From Sphingomicrobium sp. (GTDB lineage: Bacteria > Pseudomonadota > Alphaproteobacteria > Sphingomonadales > Sphingomonadaceae), in assembly GCA_046590765.1 (NCBI GenBank), contig JBKJUB010000034.1, positions 1 to 37,337 of the forward strand: 37,337 nt of DNA, read 5' to 3'. The notes under the pieces were generated by a model. That model saw nothing but the letters and a program-made list of their open reading frames with translations. It was not told where the DNA came from and searched no databases. Numbering within the stretch: position 1 is the stretch's first letter; the number at the start of each line of letters is the position of its first letter. The position numbers were made by a program, and so were the translations under genes. This document shows, piece by piece, positions 12,853-22,566 of this stretch.

Positions 12853-15561
12853 TTAAGCAAGCGCGCCGTGGCAATGCTTGAACTTGCGCCCCGACCCGCA
12901 CGGGCAAGGCGAGTTGCGGCTTTCGGGCTCTGCCGCCCCCTCGGGCCAGTCAGGCAGAGGCATCTGCAATTGCGGCGCGAACATCGCCCCGCCGCCGTCG
13001 CGGTCAAAGCTGTCATCCTCTCCCGATAATGGGTCAAAATGGCTGGTGATGAAATCGGGCAGTCCGGGCAAAGGTGTCGGCTCGTTGAGCTGGACCTGCG
13101 ACCGCATCAGCGTCTTGGTCACTTCCTCGCGGATCGCGACCAGCAGCCGCTCGAACAACAGGAAGGCTTCCTGCTTATATTCGTCGATCGGCTTCTTCTG
13201 GGCGAAGCTGCGCAAGTGGATCACCGTTCGAAGCGCGTCGAGCGTCGACAGATGGTCCTTCCAATGATGATCGAGCGTCTGGATCAAAATCTGCTTTTCG
13301 ACGTCGATCCAGCGCTCCATGTCGGCGCCGGTGGTCTTCTCGGCCATCACCTGGTCGCCCATCAGCGACAAGCGCTCGACGATCGCTTCCTGCTCGACCG
13401 ATTCCTCCTCCAGCCACGCATCGATCGGCGGCTGAAGCCCGAGGAGGTCATCGACCCCTTCCTTGAGGTTCGCGACGTCCCATTGCTCGGGATAGGTCCC
13501 CGGCGGGCACGTCACCGCAACCAACGAAGCAATCGTCTCTGCGCGGAAATCCTCGATCACGTCGCTGACATGGTCGGCATCCATGATCTCGGCGCGCTGC
13601 TCGTAAATCACTTTGCGCTGGTCATTCATCACGTCATCGAATTCGACGACCTGCTTGCGGATGTCATAATTGCGCGCCTCGACCTTTTTCTGCGCGGTCT
13701 CGATTGCCTTGGAGATGAGCGGGCTGACGATCGCCTCGCCATCCTCGAGATTTTTGTTCATCAGCCGCGCGAAGGCGGTCTGCGAGCCGAAGATGCGCAT
13801 CAGATCATCGTCGAGGCTGAGATAGAAGCGCGACAGGCCAGGATCGCCCTGGCGGCCGGAGCGGCCCCGCAGCTGATTGTCGATGCGGCGGCTTTCGTGG
13901 CGCTCGGTGCCGAGCACGAACAGCCCGCCGGCATCGAGCACGCGTTGCCTCTCGGCCGCGATCTCGCCCTTGATCCGCTCGATCTCGACGTCGCGCTCGG
14001 GGCCTTCGGCCATGTCCTTCAATTCATCCTCGACCAGAAAGTCGATGTTCCCGCCGAGCTGGATGTCGGTGCCGCGCCCCGCCATGTTGGTGGCGATCGT
14101 CACTGCGCCCATCCGCCCGGCCTGCGCGACGATATGCGCTTCGCTTTCGTGGAAGCGGGCGTTCAATACTTCGTGACGGATTTTCTCCTGCTCGAGATAT
14201 TCGCTCAGCATTTCCGATTTCTCGATGCTGACGGTGCCGACCAGCACCGGCTGGCCAATGTCCTGGCGCTTGCGGATTTCCTTGGCGATGGCTTGGAACT
14301 TGTCGGTGATATTCTTGTAAAATTCGTCGTCCTCGTCGATCCGCAAGACATCGACGTTGGTCGGGATCGAGACGACATTCATCTTGTAAATGTCGAAGAA
14401 TTCGGGGGCTTCGGTCAGCGCGGTGCCGGTCATCCCCGACAGTTTGGGATACATGCGGAAGTAATTCTGGAAGGTGATCGAGGCGAGGGTCTGGTTCTCG
14501 GGCTTGATCGCCACCCCTTCCTTGGCCTCGACCGCCTGGTGGAGCCCGTCGGACCAGCGGCGGCCATCCATCATCCGTCCGGTAAATTCGTCGATGATGA
14601 CGATTTCGCCATTCTTGACGATATAATCGATGTCCTTTTTGAACAGCTGGTTCGCCTTGAGCGACTGGTTGAGGTGATGAACCGTCTGGGTGTTGGCGAT
14701 GTCGTAGAGGTTCTGGCCTTCGATCAGCCCGGCTTCCTCGAGCATCCGCTCGGCCTTCTCGGTGCCTTCCTCGGTCAGCACGACCGACTTCTGCTTCTCG
14801 TCGAGCTCAAAGTCCTCAGCCACGAACTGCTTCACCACCGCGTCGACGCCGACATAGAGCTCGGACTTGTCGTCGGTCGGGCCGGAAATGATCAACGGCG
14901 TGCGCGCTTCGTCGATCAGGATGGAGTCAACCTCGTCGACGATCGCGTAGGCGAATTCGCGCTGCACCATCTGATCGCGGTTGAACTTCATATTGTCGCG
15001 CAGATAATCGAAGCCGAGTTCGTTATTGGTCGCGTAGGTGATGTCGGCATTATAGGCGTCGCGGCGGAGGGGGTCGATCAGATTGGGGACGATCACCCCA
15101 ACGCTGAGACCGAGGAAGCGGTAGATTTTCCCCATCCAGTCGGCATCGCGCTTGGCGAGATAGTCATTGACCGTGACGACATGCACGCCCTTGCCGGGAA
15201 GCGCATTGAGATAGACCGCGAGGGTGGCGACCAAGGTCTTGCCTTCGCCGGTGCGCATTTCGGCGATCTCGCCGCGGTGAAGCGCGATCCCGCCGATCAT
15301 CTGGACGTCATAGTGGCGCTGGCCGAGCGTCCGCTTGGCGGCTTCGCGGACTGTCGCGAACGCCTCGGGCAACAGATCGTCGAGCTTGGCGCCGTCATCG
15401 AGCCGCTTGCGGAACAGGACGGTCTGGTTGGCCAGTTCGTCGTCGGTCAGCGCACTGATCGTCGGCTCGAACGAATTGATCGCCTCGACGGTCTTGCCGA
15501 GCTTGGCAACATAGCGGTCGTTTGCCGATCCGAAGATCGTTTTGGCCAGTCCGGCGATCAT
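12853..15561 (-). CDS. secA: preprotein translocase subunit SecA
   Basis: [68 protein letters not shown] motif [13 protein letters not shown]. Confidence 0.99.
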   Translation of the reverse strand: MIAGLAKTIFGSANDRYVAKLGKTVEAINSFEPTISALTDDELANQTVLFRKRLDDGAKLDDLLPEAFATVREAAKRTLGQRHYDVQMIGGIALHRGEIAEMRTGEGKTLVATLAVYLNALPGKGVHVVTVNDYLAKRDADWMGKIYRFLGLSVGVIVPNLIDPLRRDAYNADITYATNNELGFDYLRDNMKFNRDQMVQREFAYAIVDEVDSILIDEARTPLIISGPTDDKSELYVGVDAVVKQFVAEDFELDEKQKSVVLTEEGTEKAERMLEEAGLIEGQNLYDIANTQTVHHLNQSLKANQLFKKDIDYIVKNGEIVIIDEFTGRMMDGRRWSDGLHQAVEAKEGVAIKPENQTLASITFQNYFRMYPKLSGMTGTALTEAPEFFDIYKMNVVSIPTNVDVLRIDEDDEFYKNITDKFQAIAKEIRKRQDIGQPVLVGTVSIEKSEMLSEYLEQEKIRHEVLNARFHESEAHIVAQAGRMGAVTIATNMAGRGTDIQLGGNIDFLVEDELKDMAEGPERDVEIERIKGEIAAERQRVLDAGGLFVLGTERHESRRIDNQLRGRSGRQGDPGLSRFYLSLDDDLMRIFGSQTAFARLMNKNLEDGEAIVSPLISKAIETAQKKVEARNYDIRKQVVEFDDVMNDQRKVIYEQRAEIMDADHVSDVIEDFRAETIASLVAVTCPPGTYPEQWDVANLKEGVDDLLGLQPPIDAWLEEESVEQEAIVERLSLMGDQVMAEKTTGADMERWIDVEKQILIQTLDHHWKDHLSTLDALRTVIHLRSFAQKKPIDEYKQEAFLLFERLLVAIREEVTKTLMRSQVQLNEPTPLPGLPDFITSHFDPLSGEDDSFDRDGGGAMFAPQLQMPLPDWPEGAAEPESRNSPCPCGSGRKFKHCHGALA

Positions 15562-15639
15562 GATGCTAACATTTCCTCAAAAATCCGGTCCCGCGAAGGC
15601 GCGGCGACGCTCACTCGCGCGCGAGCGTGAACGGCGCGC

Positions 15640-15668
15640 GCTGTAGGCAGCGACCCGCGTTGCGTCAA
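15640..15668 (-). promoter_or_regulatory. putative secA promoter
   Basis: TTGACG-N17-TACAGC; SD GAGGA upstream of the ATG. Confidence 0.55.
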
Positions 15669-15672
15669 TCGA

Positions 15673-16026
15673 TCAAGCTTGGGCCGCACCTGGCGTGGCG
15701 GCGGAACGGATTTCGGCTTCGAGCCATTGCTGGATCTGGCTGCGCGGGGCGGCGCCGACCTTTTGCGCGACCGGCTTGCCGTCCTTGAACAATACCATCG
15801 TCGGGATTCCGCGAACGCCGTAACGCGTTGGCGTATCGGGATTTTCGTCGATGTTAAGTTTGACGATGTCGACCTGCTCGCCAATCTCGCCGGCGATTTC
15901 CTCCAGCGCCGGGGCGATCATCCGGCATGGACCGCACCATTCGGCCCAGAAATCGACCAAAACCGGCTTGCCGGCGCCCAGGACGTCGGTGGCGAAACTC
16001 TGATCGGTGACGCTGCGCGTTCCCAT
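15673..16026 (-). CDS. trxA: thioredoxin
   Basis: VDFWAEWCGPC, GVRGIPT; SD CAGGAG; follows addA as in other Alphaproteobacteria. Confidence 0.97.
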   Translation of the reverse strand: MGTRSVTDQSFATDVLGAGKPVLVDFWAEWCGPCRMIAPALEEIAGEIGEQVDIVKLNIDENPDTPTRYGVRGIPTMVLFKDGKPVAQKVGAAPRSQIQQWLEAEIRSAATPGAAQA

Positions 16027-16055
16027 AAATACGACTCCTGATGATGTTTGAAGCT

Positions 16056-16084
16056 CATATGGGCGTTCGCCGCCCGTCCCTCAA
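16056..16084 (-). promoter_or_regulatory. putative RpoH (sigma32)-type promoter of trxA
   Basis: TTGA-N17-CCCATATG resembles the alphaproteobacterial RpoH consensus; the -35 overlaps the addA stop codon. Confidence 0.55.
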
Positions 16085-19000
16085 CCGCCAAGCGTGATGA
16101 TTTTCGGACCTGCGGTGTAAAGCAACGCCGCTTCGACCCGGCGACCGGGGAAGATCGCCCTGAGTGCGGCGGCGTAAACCTCCATCTGCCGCCGGTGCGG
16201 AGCAGGCACTTGGGCCTCATTCGACGGGACATGCATCCCGGTTTTGTAATCGATCACCCGCACCAGCGCATCGGTGACCAGCAGTCGATCGACTGTCCCG
16301 GCCACCACTCGCCCGTCTTCAAGCACCGCCGCAATCGGCGCTTCGGCGAGCGACCCTGCGCCGAACAGCGCACCGAACGCATCGTCGGACAGGATATCGC
16401 ACACCGTCGCCGCATAGGATGCACGCAAAGCCGGATCGGCGACCCCGCCGGATCGCTCAAGCCAGCGATCAGCCGCCGCAACCCGCTCAGCGGGCGCGAC
16501 GCCGGGTAGTCGTTCGAACAGCAAATGCAGCATCGTCCCGCGCCGCGCCGCATCGATTTCGCCCGGCTTGGGCGGCGGAAAAGGCGTGCGGTCCTCATTC
16601 CCGCCCGACGGGGCCAGCGGGCGTGGCGGACGCTCTTCCGCCGGTGCCATCGCCCGCAGCCAGTCCGGCAGGAGTATCTCGGGTCGGCGATCAACCCGGC
16701 GTTTGGACCGCGGCGCATTACCTTCGGTTTCGAACAGCAATTTGCCGTCATCGCCCGGTTTCGCGCCAATCGCGATCATCGCCTGCTCGACCCGCGCGTG
16801 CCAGCTGTCGGGCACGGCGTTTTTCTTGCGCACTCCGGCGATCACCAACCGCTCTCGCGCCCGGGTTAGCGCGACGTACAGCAGTCGCCAATGCTCGGCG
16901 AGATCGAGCCCTTTTTCCGACTCGATCAATTCTGCGAACGGAAAGACTTGCTCGGCCTTGCGCGGGCGGATCAGCGGGAGCTTCTGTCCATCCACCGAGA
17001 AGTCGAGCGGAGGGTTACTCGCCCCAAGTTTTTCCGGGTCGGCGGTTGCATCGGCCAGGATCACGACCGGCGCCTCAAGCCCCTTCGCGCCATGAACCGT
17101 CATCACCCGCACCGCATCAACCGGCGCCGACGGGTCGCGCTTGATCTCGACATCGCCTTTCGCGAACCACGCCAGGAAACGGTCGAGCGAATTGACGTCG
17201 TCGCGCTCGAACTCAAGTGCCGCCGACAGCAATTCCTCGATTGGGTCGCGCGCTTCGGGCCCGAGCCGGCGGATCAACTTGCGGCGGCCATCGAGCGGGC
17301 CCGACAATATCGTTTCGAGGAAGGTCGCAGGTGTGGTGTAATCGGCCATCGCCAGCAGCGAGCGAAGCTGGTCGAGCGTCTCGCCAATCTCGCTGTCCCG
17401 CTCCTGCAACGTGGTCCACAAAGGTTTGGCACGCGGCACTTTCGCCAGATCGTATAATTTCTCCTGGCTCCACCCGATCAGCGGCGAGACCAGCAGATTG
17501 GCGAGGTTGAGGTCATCGAGCGGCTGCACCGCAAACCCGACTGCGGCGAGCAGATCCTTGACCGCCAGCGGACGATGGAGGTGGAGCCGGTCAATCCCCG
17601 CCACCGACACCCGTTCGGCGAACAATCGCGCGACGATCAGCGAGGCAAGCTCGCCGCGACTGCGCACCAGGATCAGCACATCGCCGGCCGACAGCGGCCG
17701 CCCGGTGCTCGCCATGACCGGCGCTTCGTCAATCCACTGCTTGACCGCCTTGGCGAGGCTGGTGGCGTAGCGGCGTTCGCCCTCGCCGATCCAGCCTTCG
17801 TCGCCGATATCGTCGCCCTCGTCATCGTCGGTCGAAAAAGCCGGCCACCATTCGACGCGGCCGGGTCGCTGGGCGTGGTGGGCATCGTGCGCGGGTGGGC
17901 GTTCGGGCAGCCCCATTGCGTCATGACCGACCTCTGCAATGACCCCGTCGACCAGGCCCAGGATCGCCGGCGACGAGCGGAACGAGGCGTTGATCGATAG
18001 CTCGCGGAATTCACGGAACCGTTCGTCGCTGTCCTCGAGCGCGGCGGCGGCATCGCGAACCCGCCCCCGCATCGCTTCGAATTCGCGCGGATCGGTGCCC
18101 TGGAAGCGGAAGATCGCCTGCTTGAAATCGCCCACCATGAACACGCTTCGCCAGCGCTTCTCGGTCTCGCTCGAGCCGCTGAAATATTCCTCGATCAATT
18201 GCCACACGATCGCCCATTGGTCGGCATTGGTGTCCTGCGCTTCGTCGACCAGAATGTGATCGGTGCGGCGGTCGATTTTGAAGCGCACCCAGTCGCCCAT
18301 TCCGGGAGTCTCGAGCAGCTTGCGGGTCCAGGCGATGAGGTCACCGAAATCGGCCACCCCGGCACTTTCCTTGGCGCGAGTGTAAGCGGCGGCGTAGGCC
18401 TGACCGGCGCGCAGACCAGCGGCCTGGATCGAGACTAGAGATGCGGCGCTTTTCATCCTCAGCACCCATAGGAACGCGCCATAGGTGTCATCGCTAAGCG
18501 ATTGATAATTAGCGTTGACTCTGAGTTGCCCGCTGGTCGTTTTGCGTGGCTCGCCCTTGCCGGTCATGACCACGTTCGCCACTAGGTGCAGTGTGTCGAA
18601 GCGGCCCTTAGGGTCGAGCGCCAACCAGTTTCGGATCGCCTCGACATAGCCGGTTCCGCTGGTCGTTCCCCAAGCCTCATTGCTCGCCGCCATAGCGTGA
18701 AGCAACGCGCAGTCGAACGTGCCGTCGGCGCAGGCGTTGTGGAGGAAATCGGCGACATTGTCGGTCGGCAGGTCGACCAATTGCTGCAGCTTCGCCTCGA
18801 TCTGATCGCGTGTTCCCAGCCCCGCAAAGGCGTCAGCGCGGCGGGCGCAGGCGGCGAGGTAAGAGACTGCCCCCTCCTCCCCCAAGCGCATCGACAGCGA
18901 CTGGATATCGGCGATCAACCCCGTGTCGCCATTGGCTTCGGCCGAGGCGACCAGATTGGCGAGGGTGCGGCGCGCGAGTTCCTGTTCGGCGCGGCCTTCG

Positions 19001-19449
19001 ATGGCACGGAAACCCGGCGCAATCTCGGCCTCGGCGGGGAAAGCGGTGAGCAGTGTCTGGGCGAATGCGTGAATGGTCTGGATGCGCAGGCCGCCCGGCG
19101 CTTCGAGCACGCGGGCGAAGAGGCGGCGGGCATGCTGGAGCATGTCGGGCGAGGTGTCTTCGCCCAGCGCGAACAATTCCTTGCGCAACGCGGCGTCGGG
19201 CAAGCGTACCCAAGACGCGAGCCGGGCGCCGATGCGATTGGCCATTTCTGCCGCACCGGCCTTGGTGAAGGTTAGGCACAAGATGCTCTCGGGCCGGACG
19301 CCGCGCAGCAGCAGCAGGAACACGCGCGCGGTGAGGACGTGGGTCTTGCCGGTCCCTGCCGAGGCCGAAAGCGAGGCATGGGCGGACGGATCGGCGGCGC
19401 GGCGCTGATCGCCTTCGAGCACATCCAGCGGTTTGAGGCGACGCGACAT
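16081..19449 (-). CDS. addA: double-strand break repair helicase/nuclease AddA
   Basis: ASAGTGKT, LTFTKAGAAEM, IQTIHAF, DEAQD, VGDFKQAIFRFQG, TVHGAKGLE, YVALTRA, C-terminal nuclease GTVDRL..IDYKTG. Confidence 0.97.
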   Translation of the reverse strand: MSRRLKPLDVLEGDQRRAADPSAHASLSASAGTGKTHVLTARVFLLLLRGVRPESILCLTFTKAGAAEMANRIGARLASWVRLPDAALRKELFALGEDTSPDMLQHARRLFARVLEAPGGLRIQTIHAFAQTLLTAFPAEAEIAPGFRAIEGRAEQELARRTLANLVASAEANGDTGLIADIQSLSMRLGEEGAVSYLAACARRADAFAGLGTRDQIEAKLQQLVDLPTDNVADFLHNACADGTFDCALLHAMAASNEAWGTTSGTGYVEAIRNWLALDPKGRFDTLHLVANVVMTGKGEPRKTTSGQLRVNANYQSLSDDTYGAFLWVLRMKSAASLVSIQAAGLRAGQAYAAAYTRAKESAGVADFGDLIAWTRKLLETPGMGDWVRFKIDRRTDHILVDEAQDTNADQWAIVWQLIEEYFSGSSETEKRWRSVFMVGDFKQAIFRFQGTDPREFEAMRGRVRDAAAALEDSDERFREFRELSINASFRSSPAILGLVDGVIAEVGHDAMGLPERPPAHDAHHAQRPGRVEWWPAFSTDDDEGDDIGDEGWIGEGERRYATSLAKAVKQWIDEAPVMASTGRPLSAGDVLILVRSRGELASLIVARLFAERVSVAGIDRLHLHRPLAVKDLLAAVGFAVQPLDDLNLANLLVSPLIGWSQEKLYDLAKVPRAKPLWTTLQERDSEIGETLDQLRSLLAMADYTTPATFLETILSGPLDGRRKLIRRLGPEARDPIEELLSAALEFERDDVNSLDRFLAWFAKGDVEIKRDPSAPVDAVRVMTVHGAKGLEAPVVILADATADPEKLGASNPPLDFSVDGQKLPLIRPRKAEQVFPFAELIESEKGLDLAEHWRLLYVALTRARERLVIAGVRKKNAVPDSWHARVEQAMIAIGAKPGDDGKLLFETEGNAPRSKRRVDRRPEILLPDWLRAMAPAEERPPRPLAPSGGNEDRTPFPPPKPGEIDAARRGTMLHLLFERLPGVAPAERVAAADRWLERSGGVADPALRASYAATVCDILSDDAFGALFGAGSLAEAPIAAVLEDGRVVAGTVDRLLVTDALVRVIDYKTGMHVPSNEAQVPAPHRRQMEVYAAALRAIFPGRRVEAALLYTAGPKIITLGG

Positions 19450-19455
19450 GACGAG

Positions 19456-19484
19456 ACCCTAGCAAGCCCGTCGGCGCTTCCCAA
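19456..19484 (-). promoter_or_regulatory. putative leaderless sigma70 promoter of addA
   Basis: TTGGGA-N17-TAGGGT-N6-ATG; no SD. Confidence 0.55.
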
Positions 19485-19506
19485 GACGGCAATCGGCGAA
19501 TATCAT
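19478..19506 (+). promoter_or_regulatory. putative sigma70 promoter of the 46-aa small gene
   Basis: TTCCCA-N17-TATCAT, followed by SD CAGGAGA (19518-19524) and ATG 19531. Confidence 0.5.
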
Positions 19507-19530
19507 TCCCGCCACAGCAGGAGACGATGA

Positions 19531-19671
19531 ATGAGCGAGCAGGACGACGACAGTGGCGAGCGGCGGACCAAATTGGTCAAGGCCGGGGTCGCGGTCGGGA
19601 TCGGATCGGCAGCGATCGTCGCGGCCTTGCTCTATGCCTCGAAGGTCAAGAAGCCCAAGCGCGGTAAATAA
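19531..19671 (+). CDS. small single-pass membrane protein, 46 aa (absent from the ORF track)
   Basis: MSEQDDDSGERRTKLVKAGVAVGIGSAAIVAALLYASKVKKPKRGK*. Has an SD, GC3-rich codons, one hydrophobic helix and a basic tail, and fills most of the addB-addA gap. Confidence 0.8.
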   Translation: MSEQDDDSGERRTKLVKAGVAVGIGSAAIVAALLYASKVKKPKRGK

Positions 19672-22566
19672 TCAGTCGCGGCCATACCATTCCTCAAGCC
19701 GCATCAGCTGATCATAGTCGCCGTAGGGCGCGAACGCCGGGTGAAGCTTGGCTTCGAACGGTTCGTCGCCGGTTAGATATTTGGCTGCTAATTCCAGGAA
19801 ATGCGCCTCGCTCTGGTCGAGAAACTCGCTTCCCCACACTGCCTTGGACGGCATCTTGAACCCAAATTTGCCCTTATTGTCCTTGGCCATCGACCAATAT
19901 TCGTGTGCCGTCGGAGTCCCGCCGATGTCGGGAAAACCGCCGTTACGCGCGATCAGCCCAAGCAATCCCAACTGGAGTGCGAACCCGGCATCCACGGCCT
20001 TGGTTTGGGGCGGTTTGCCAGTCTTGTAGTCAACGATGGCGAGGGAGCCATCCGCCATTCGGTCAATCCGATCCGCGCGGCCATACAAGGTGACGTCGGC
20101 AATGACGGTCTTGCCATCCTTCTCGGCAGCAATCGGCATTCGTCCATCAGCCCGATTGGCGCGTTCCTGCTCGGCGATCCAGCCAATCGCCTCTAGGAGG
20201 CGCGGTTGCCATAACGCGCGCAGCATCGGGTGAATTGCGTCGCCCTGCACGAGTTGGCGCGCTTGTTCGAGCAGATCATCCGGATTGCAATCTTTGTCTT
20301 CCATCCAGGATTGGAGGACTTTGTGGACTGCGCTGCCCTTCCACGCTGCGCTGTGATCGGCGTCGACCGGGTCGAGCTTCTTCAAACCGAGCATGGCGCT
20401 CGCGTAAAAAGCGAATGGATCGGCTTTCAGCCGATCGACGTCGGTGACCCTGATCTGCTTGGGCCGATCAGCGATGGGCGGTTTCGGCGCGGGCTGCCCG
20501 AGCGGACGATGCTCGCCCGGATCGTCGATCGCTGCGACATAGCGCTCGAGCTTGTGATCGCGCGCGAGGCCGCCGGTCATCGCCATTAACCTGAGCCACA
20601 GCCGCGAGGCGACAGTCGGCGATTTGGAATCGCGGCGGGCGCGGGTGATGAGCACCCGCGGCGCGCCGAGCGCTGACGCGAAGTCGTGCGCGGAAAGGCC
20701 GACGCGCAGGTCGAGCCCGGGAAGCCCGAGGGTCGCGCGGATCCTGGGAGCGAGCCACGGGTCGGGCGCGGGGAGCGACGGCCAAACGCCCTCGTTGAGC
20801 CCGCTGAGAATCATCAGGTCGGCATGCTGGAGCCGGGCTTCGAGTAATCCCCAAATGAACACCCTCGGGTGGCCGCCATAGGGTGGGCGCACTGGGCGGG
20901 TGTCGAGCAGGTCGCGGAGCAAGGGCACCAGTTCGGGCGCGTCGAGCAGCATTGTCGCGGCGTCGGGCGCGGCTTCGAGTTCGGCGATCAGCTCGGCGGC
21001 CATGCGGCCATCGGTGCCGCTCCACGCGCGGTCGCCGGCGAGCCCCGATGCGGCGGCACGAAGCCCGGCGGCGAAGGCGGACAGGCTGAGCGGGGCGCGA
21101 AGCAGAGCTTCGATTGGTTCGAGTGAGGGGCGGATCGCGGCCCACGGCGGGTCGGCTTTCTTCTCGGTGAAATGGCGGTCGAGCCCGCCGAGACCAGCGG
21201 GTGGACGCGGGCCGCGCAAGGCGCGGTCGAGCGCGCGGGCGTTGGTCAGCCAGTTGGCGCGCTCGGCCCCTTCCCCGCCGACCAATGGATGCTTAACCAA
21301 AGCGAGCATCGCGACCGGGGCCATGGCTTCCGCGGCGGCAGCGGCGATGGCGAGCAATAGAGTTCCAGCGGGTGCCTGGCTGAGTGGTCGGCCCGCGCTG
21401 TCGTCAGCGGCGATTCGCCAGCGCGCAAGCAAGGCTGATACGCGCGCAGCCAGCACGCGGTCGGGTGTGACGAGCGCAGCGGTCTGGCCGGGGGTGTCGA
21501 GCGCCTGGCGAAGCGCGATGGCAATCGCCATCGCCTCGCTTGCCGAATCGGCGAGTTCGACCGCGTGGATGCCGGTCAGGCGGCGTTCGGGTGGGGGCAG
21601 CCGGCTCCATTTGTCGCTGAAGTCGGCGGCGGTCATCGCATTGGCCACCGCTCGCCCGCGCACCGCTGGCGATGCCGCTCGACCCCCGCCGCGCCACAGG
21701 CCGACTTCGCCGCGCGCGACATCGATCCGGTCGAGCAACAGTTTGAGGTGATATTGCGGGTGGCTTTGCTCGCCGCGCCCATCGTCGTCGGGGCCGAGCG
21801 CGTCCCATTCCTCGTCGCTCATCACGTCGGCCAGCGCGAGGCCGGGGAGGATGACCGCGCCGTCGGGCATCCGCGAGACGGTTCGGAGCAAGGCGGCAAT
21901 CGCTGGTGCAGCGGTGGTGATCCCGGCGGCGATGGTGAAGTCCGGCAGAGGATTGTCTGACCAGCGGCGGGCAGTGGCGCGGAGCAGGCGATTGCGGCGA
22001 TCGGTCAGGTCGATCGACCCGCGCCGGGCAAGTTCTGCGGGCCACGCTGTAATAATCGCCTGCAGACGGTCGAGAGATTTCTGCCAATGGCCGGCAAGAT
22101 CGTCGGCTTCGGCGACCGCCTCGGCGAGTTTCGACGCGGGGACTTCCTCGATCGTCAGCGCGTCGAGCGTGCGCGCAAGATCGGCGGCGAGGCGCATCGC
22201 CTCGGTCGCGCTTTCGCCGCCGCGCCGGACGACCGCAGCGAGCGCCAACTGGCGGGCGAGCGGGTCGATGGCGGGCGGGACGAGGTCATCGCCGTCGGCG
22301 ACATCAAGTGCCCCGCCGATACGGTCGTCGAGGTCGGGGTCGCCGATCGCAATCAGGCGCGGGAGCACAAGGCCACTGCCGCTGGCGCGGACAAAGGCCT
22401 CGGTGATGCTGCGGATGGCGCGATTGTTGGGCAGCAGGATGCGGCCCCCGGCAAGCGCCATCGGGTCGTGACCGTAACTGGCGATCAGCCCCGCAGCGAG
22501 CGAGTCGGCGAAGCTGCGGTGCGCCGGGATCGAAAAGACGGATGGGCCGGAGCGCGGCTCATTCAT
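19672..22566 (-). CDS. addB: double-strand break repair protein AddB
   Basis: ILLPNNRAIR, HPQYHLKLLL, IWGLLEARLQ, GLNEGVWP, nuclease GRADRID..IVDYKTG, ending YDQLMRLEEW. Confidence 0.96.
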   Translation of the reverse strand: MNEPRSGPSVFSIPAHRSFADSLAAGLIASYGHDPMALAGGRILLPNNRAIRSITEAFVRASGSGLVLPRLIAIGDPDLDDRIGGALDVADGDDLVPPAIDPLARQLALAAVVRRGGESATEAMRLAADLARTLDALTIEEVPASKLAEAVAEADDLAGHWQKSLDRLQAIITAWPAELARRGSIDLTDRRNRLLRATARRWSDNPLPDFTIAAGITTAAPAIAALLRTVSRMPDGAVILPGLALADVMSDEEWDALGPDDDGRGEQSHPQYHLKLLLDRIDVARGEVGLWRGGGRAASPAVRGRAVANAMTAADFSDKWSRLPPPERRLTGIHAVELADSASEAMAIAIALRQALDTPGQTAALVTPDRVLAARVSALLARWRIAADDSAGRPLSQAPAGTLLLAIAAAAAEAMAPVAMLALVKHPLVGGEGAERANWLTNARALDRALRGPRPPAGLGGLDRHFTEKKADPPWAAIRPSLEPIEALLRAPLSLSAFAAGLRAAASGLAGDRAWSGTDGRMAAELIAELEAAPDAATMLLDAPELVPLLRDLLDTRPVRPPYGGHPRVFIWGLLEARLQHADLMILSGLNEGVWPSLPAPDPWLAPRIRATLGLPGLDLRVGLSAHDFASALGAPRVLITRARRDSKSPTVASRLWLRLMAMTGGLARDHKLERYVAAIDDPGEHRPLGQPAPKPPIADRPKQIRVTDVDRLKADPFAFYASAMLGLKKLDPVDADHSAAWKGSAVHKVLQSWMEDKDCNPDDLLEQARQLVQGDAIHPMLRALWQPRLLEAIGWIAEQERANRADGRMPIAAEKDGKTVIADVTLYGRADRIDRMADGSLAIVDYKTGKPPQTKAVDAGFALQLGLLGLIARNGGFPDIGGTPTAHEYWSMAKDNKGKFGFKMPSKAVWGSEFLDQSEAHFLELAAKYLTGDEPFEAKLHPAFAPYGDYDQLMRLEEWYGRD

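Noticed and set aside
13039-15630. 863-aa ORF antisense to secA
   Set aside because: Codon-register shadow of a GC3-biased gene; no recognisable motifs.
15558-15884. SecM-like arrest peptide upstream of secA
   Set aside because: The ORF overlaps trxA out of frame, has no signal peptide or known arrest motif, and a secA promoter is predicted inside it.
12800-19700. Replication origin at the skew change
   Set aside because: No DnaA-box cluster, AT-rich unwinding element or large intergenic region was seen.
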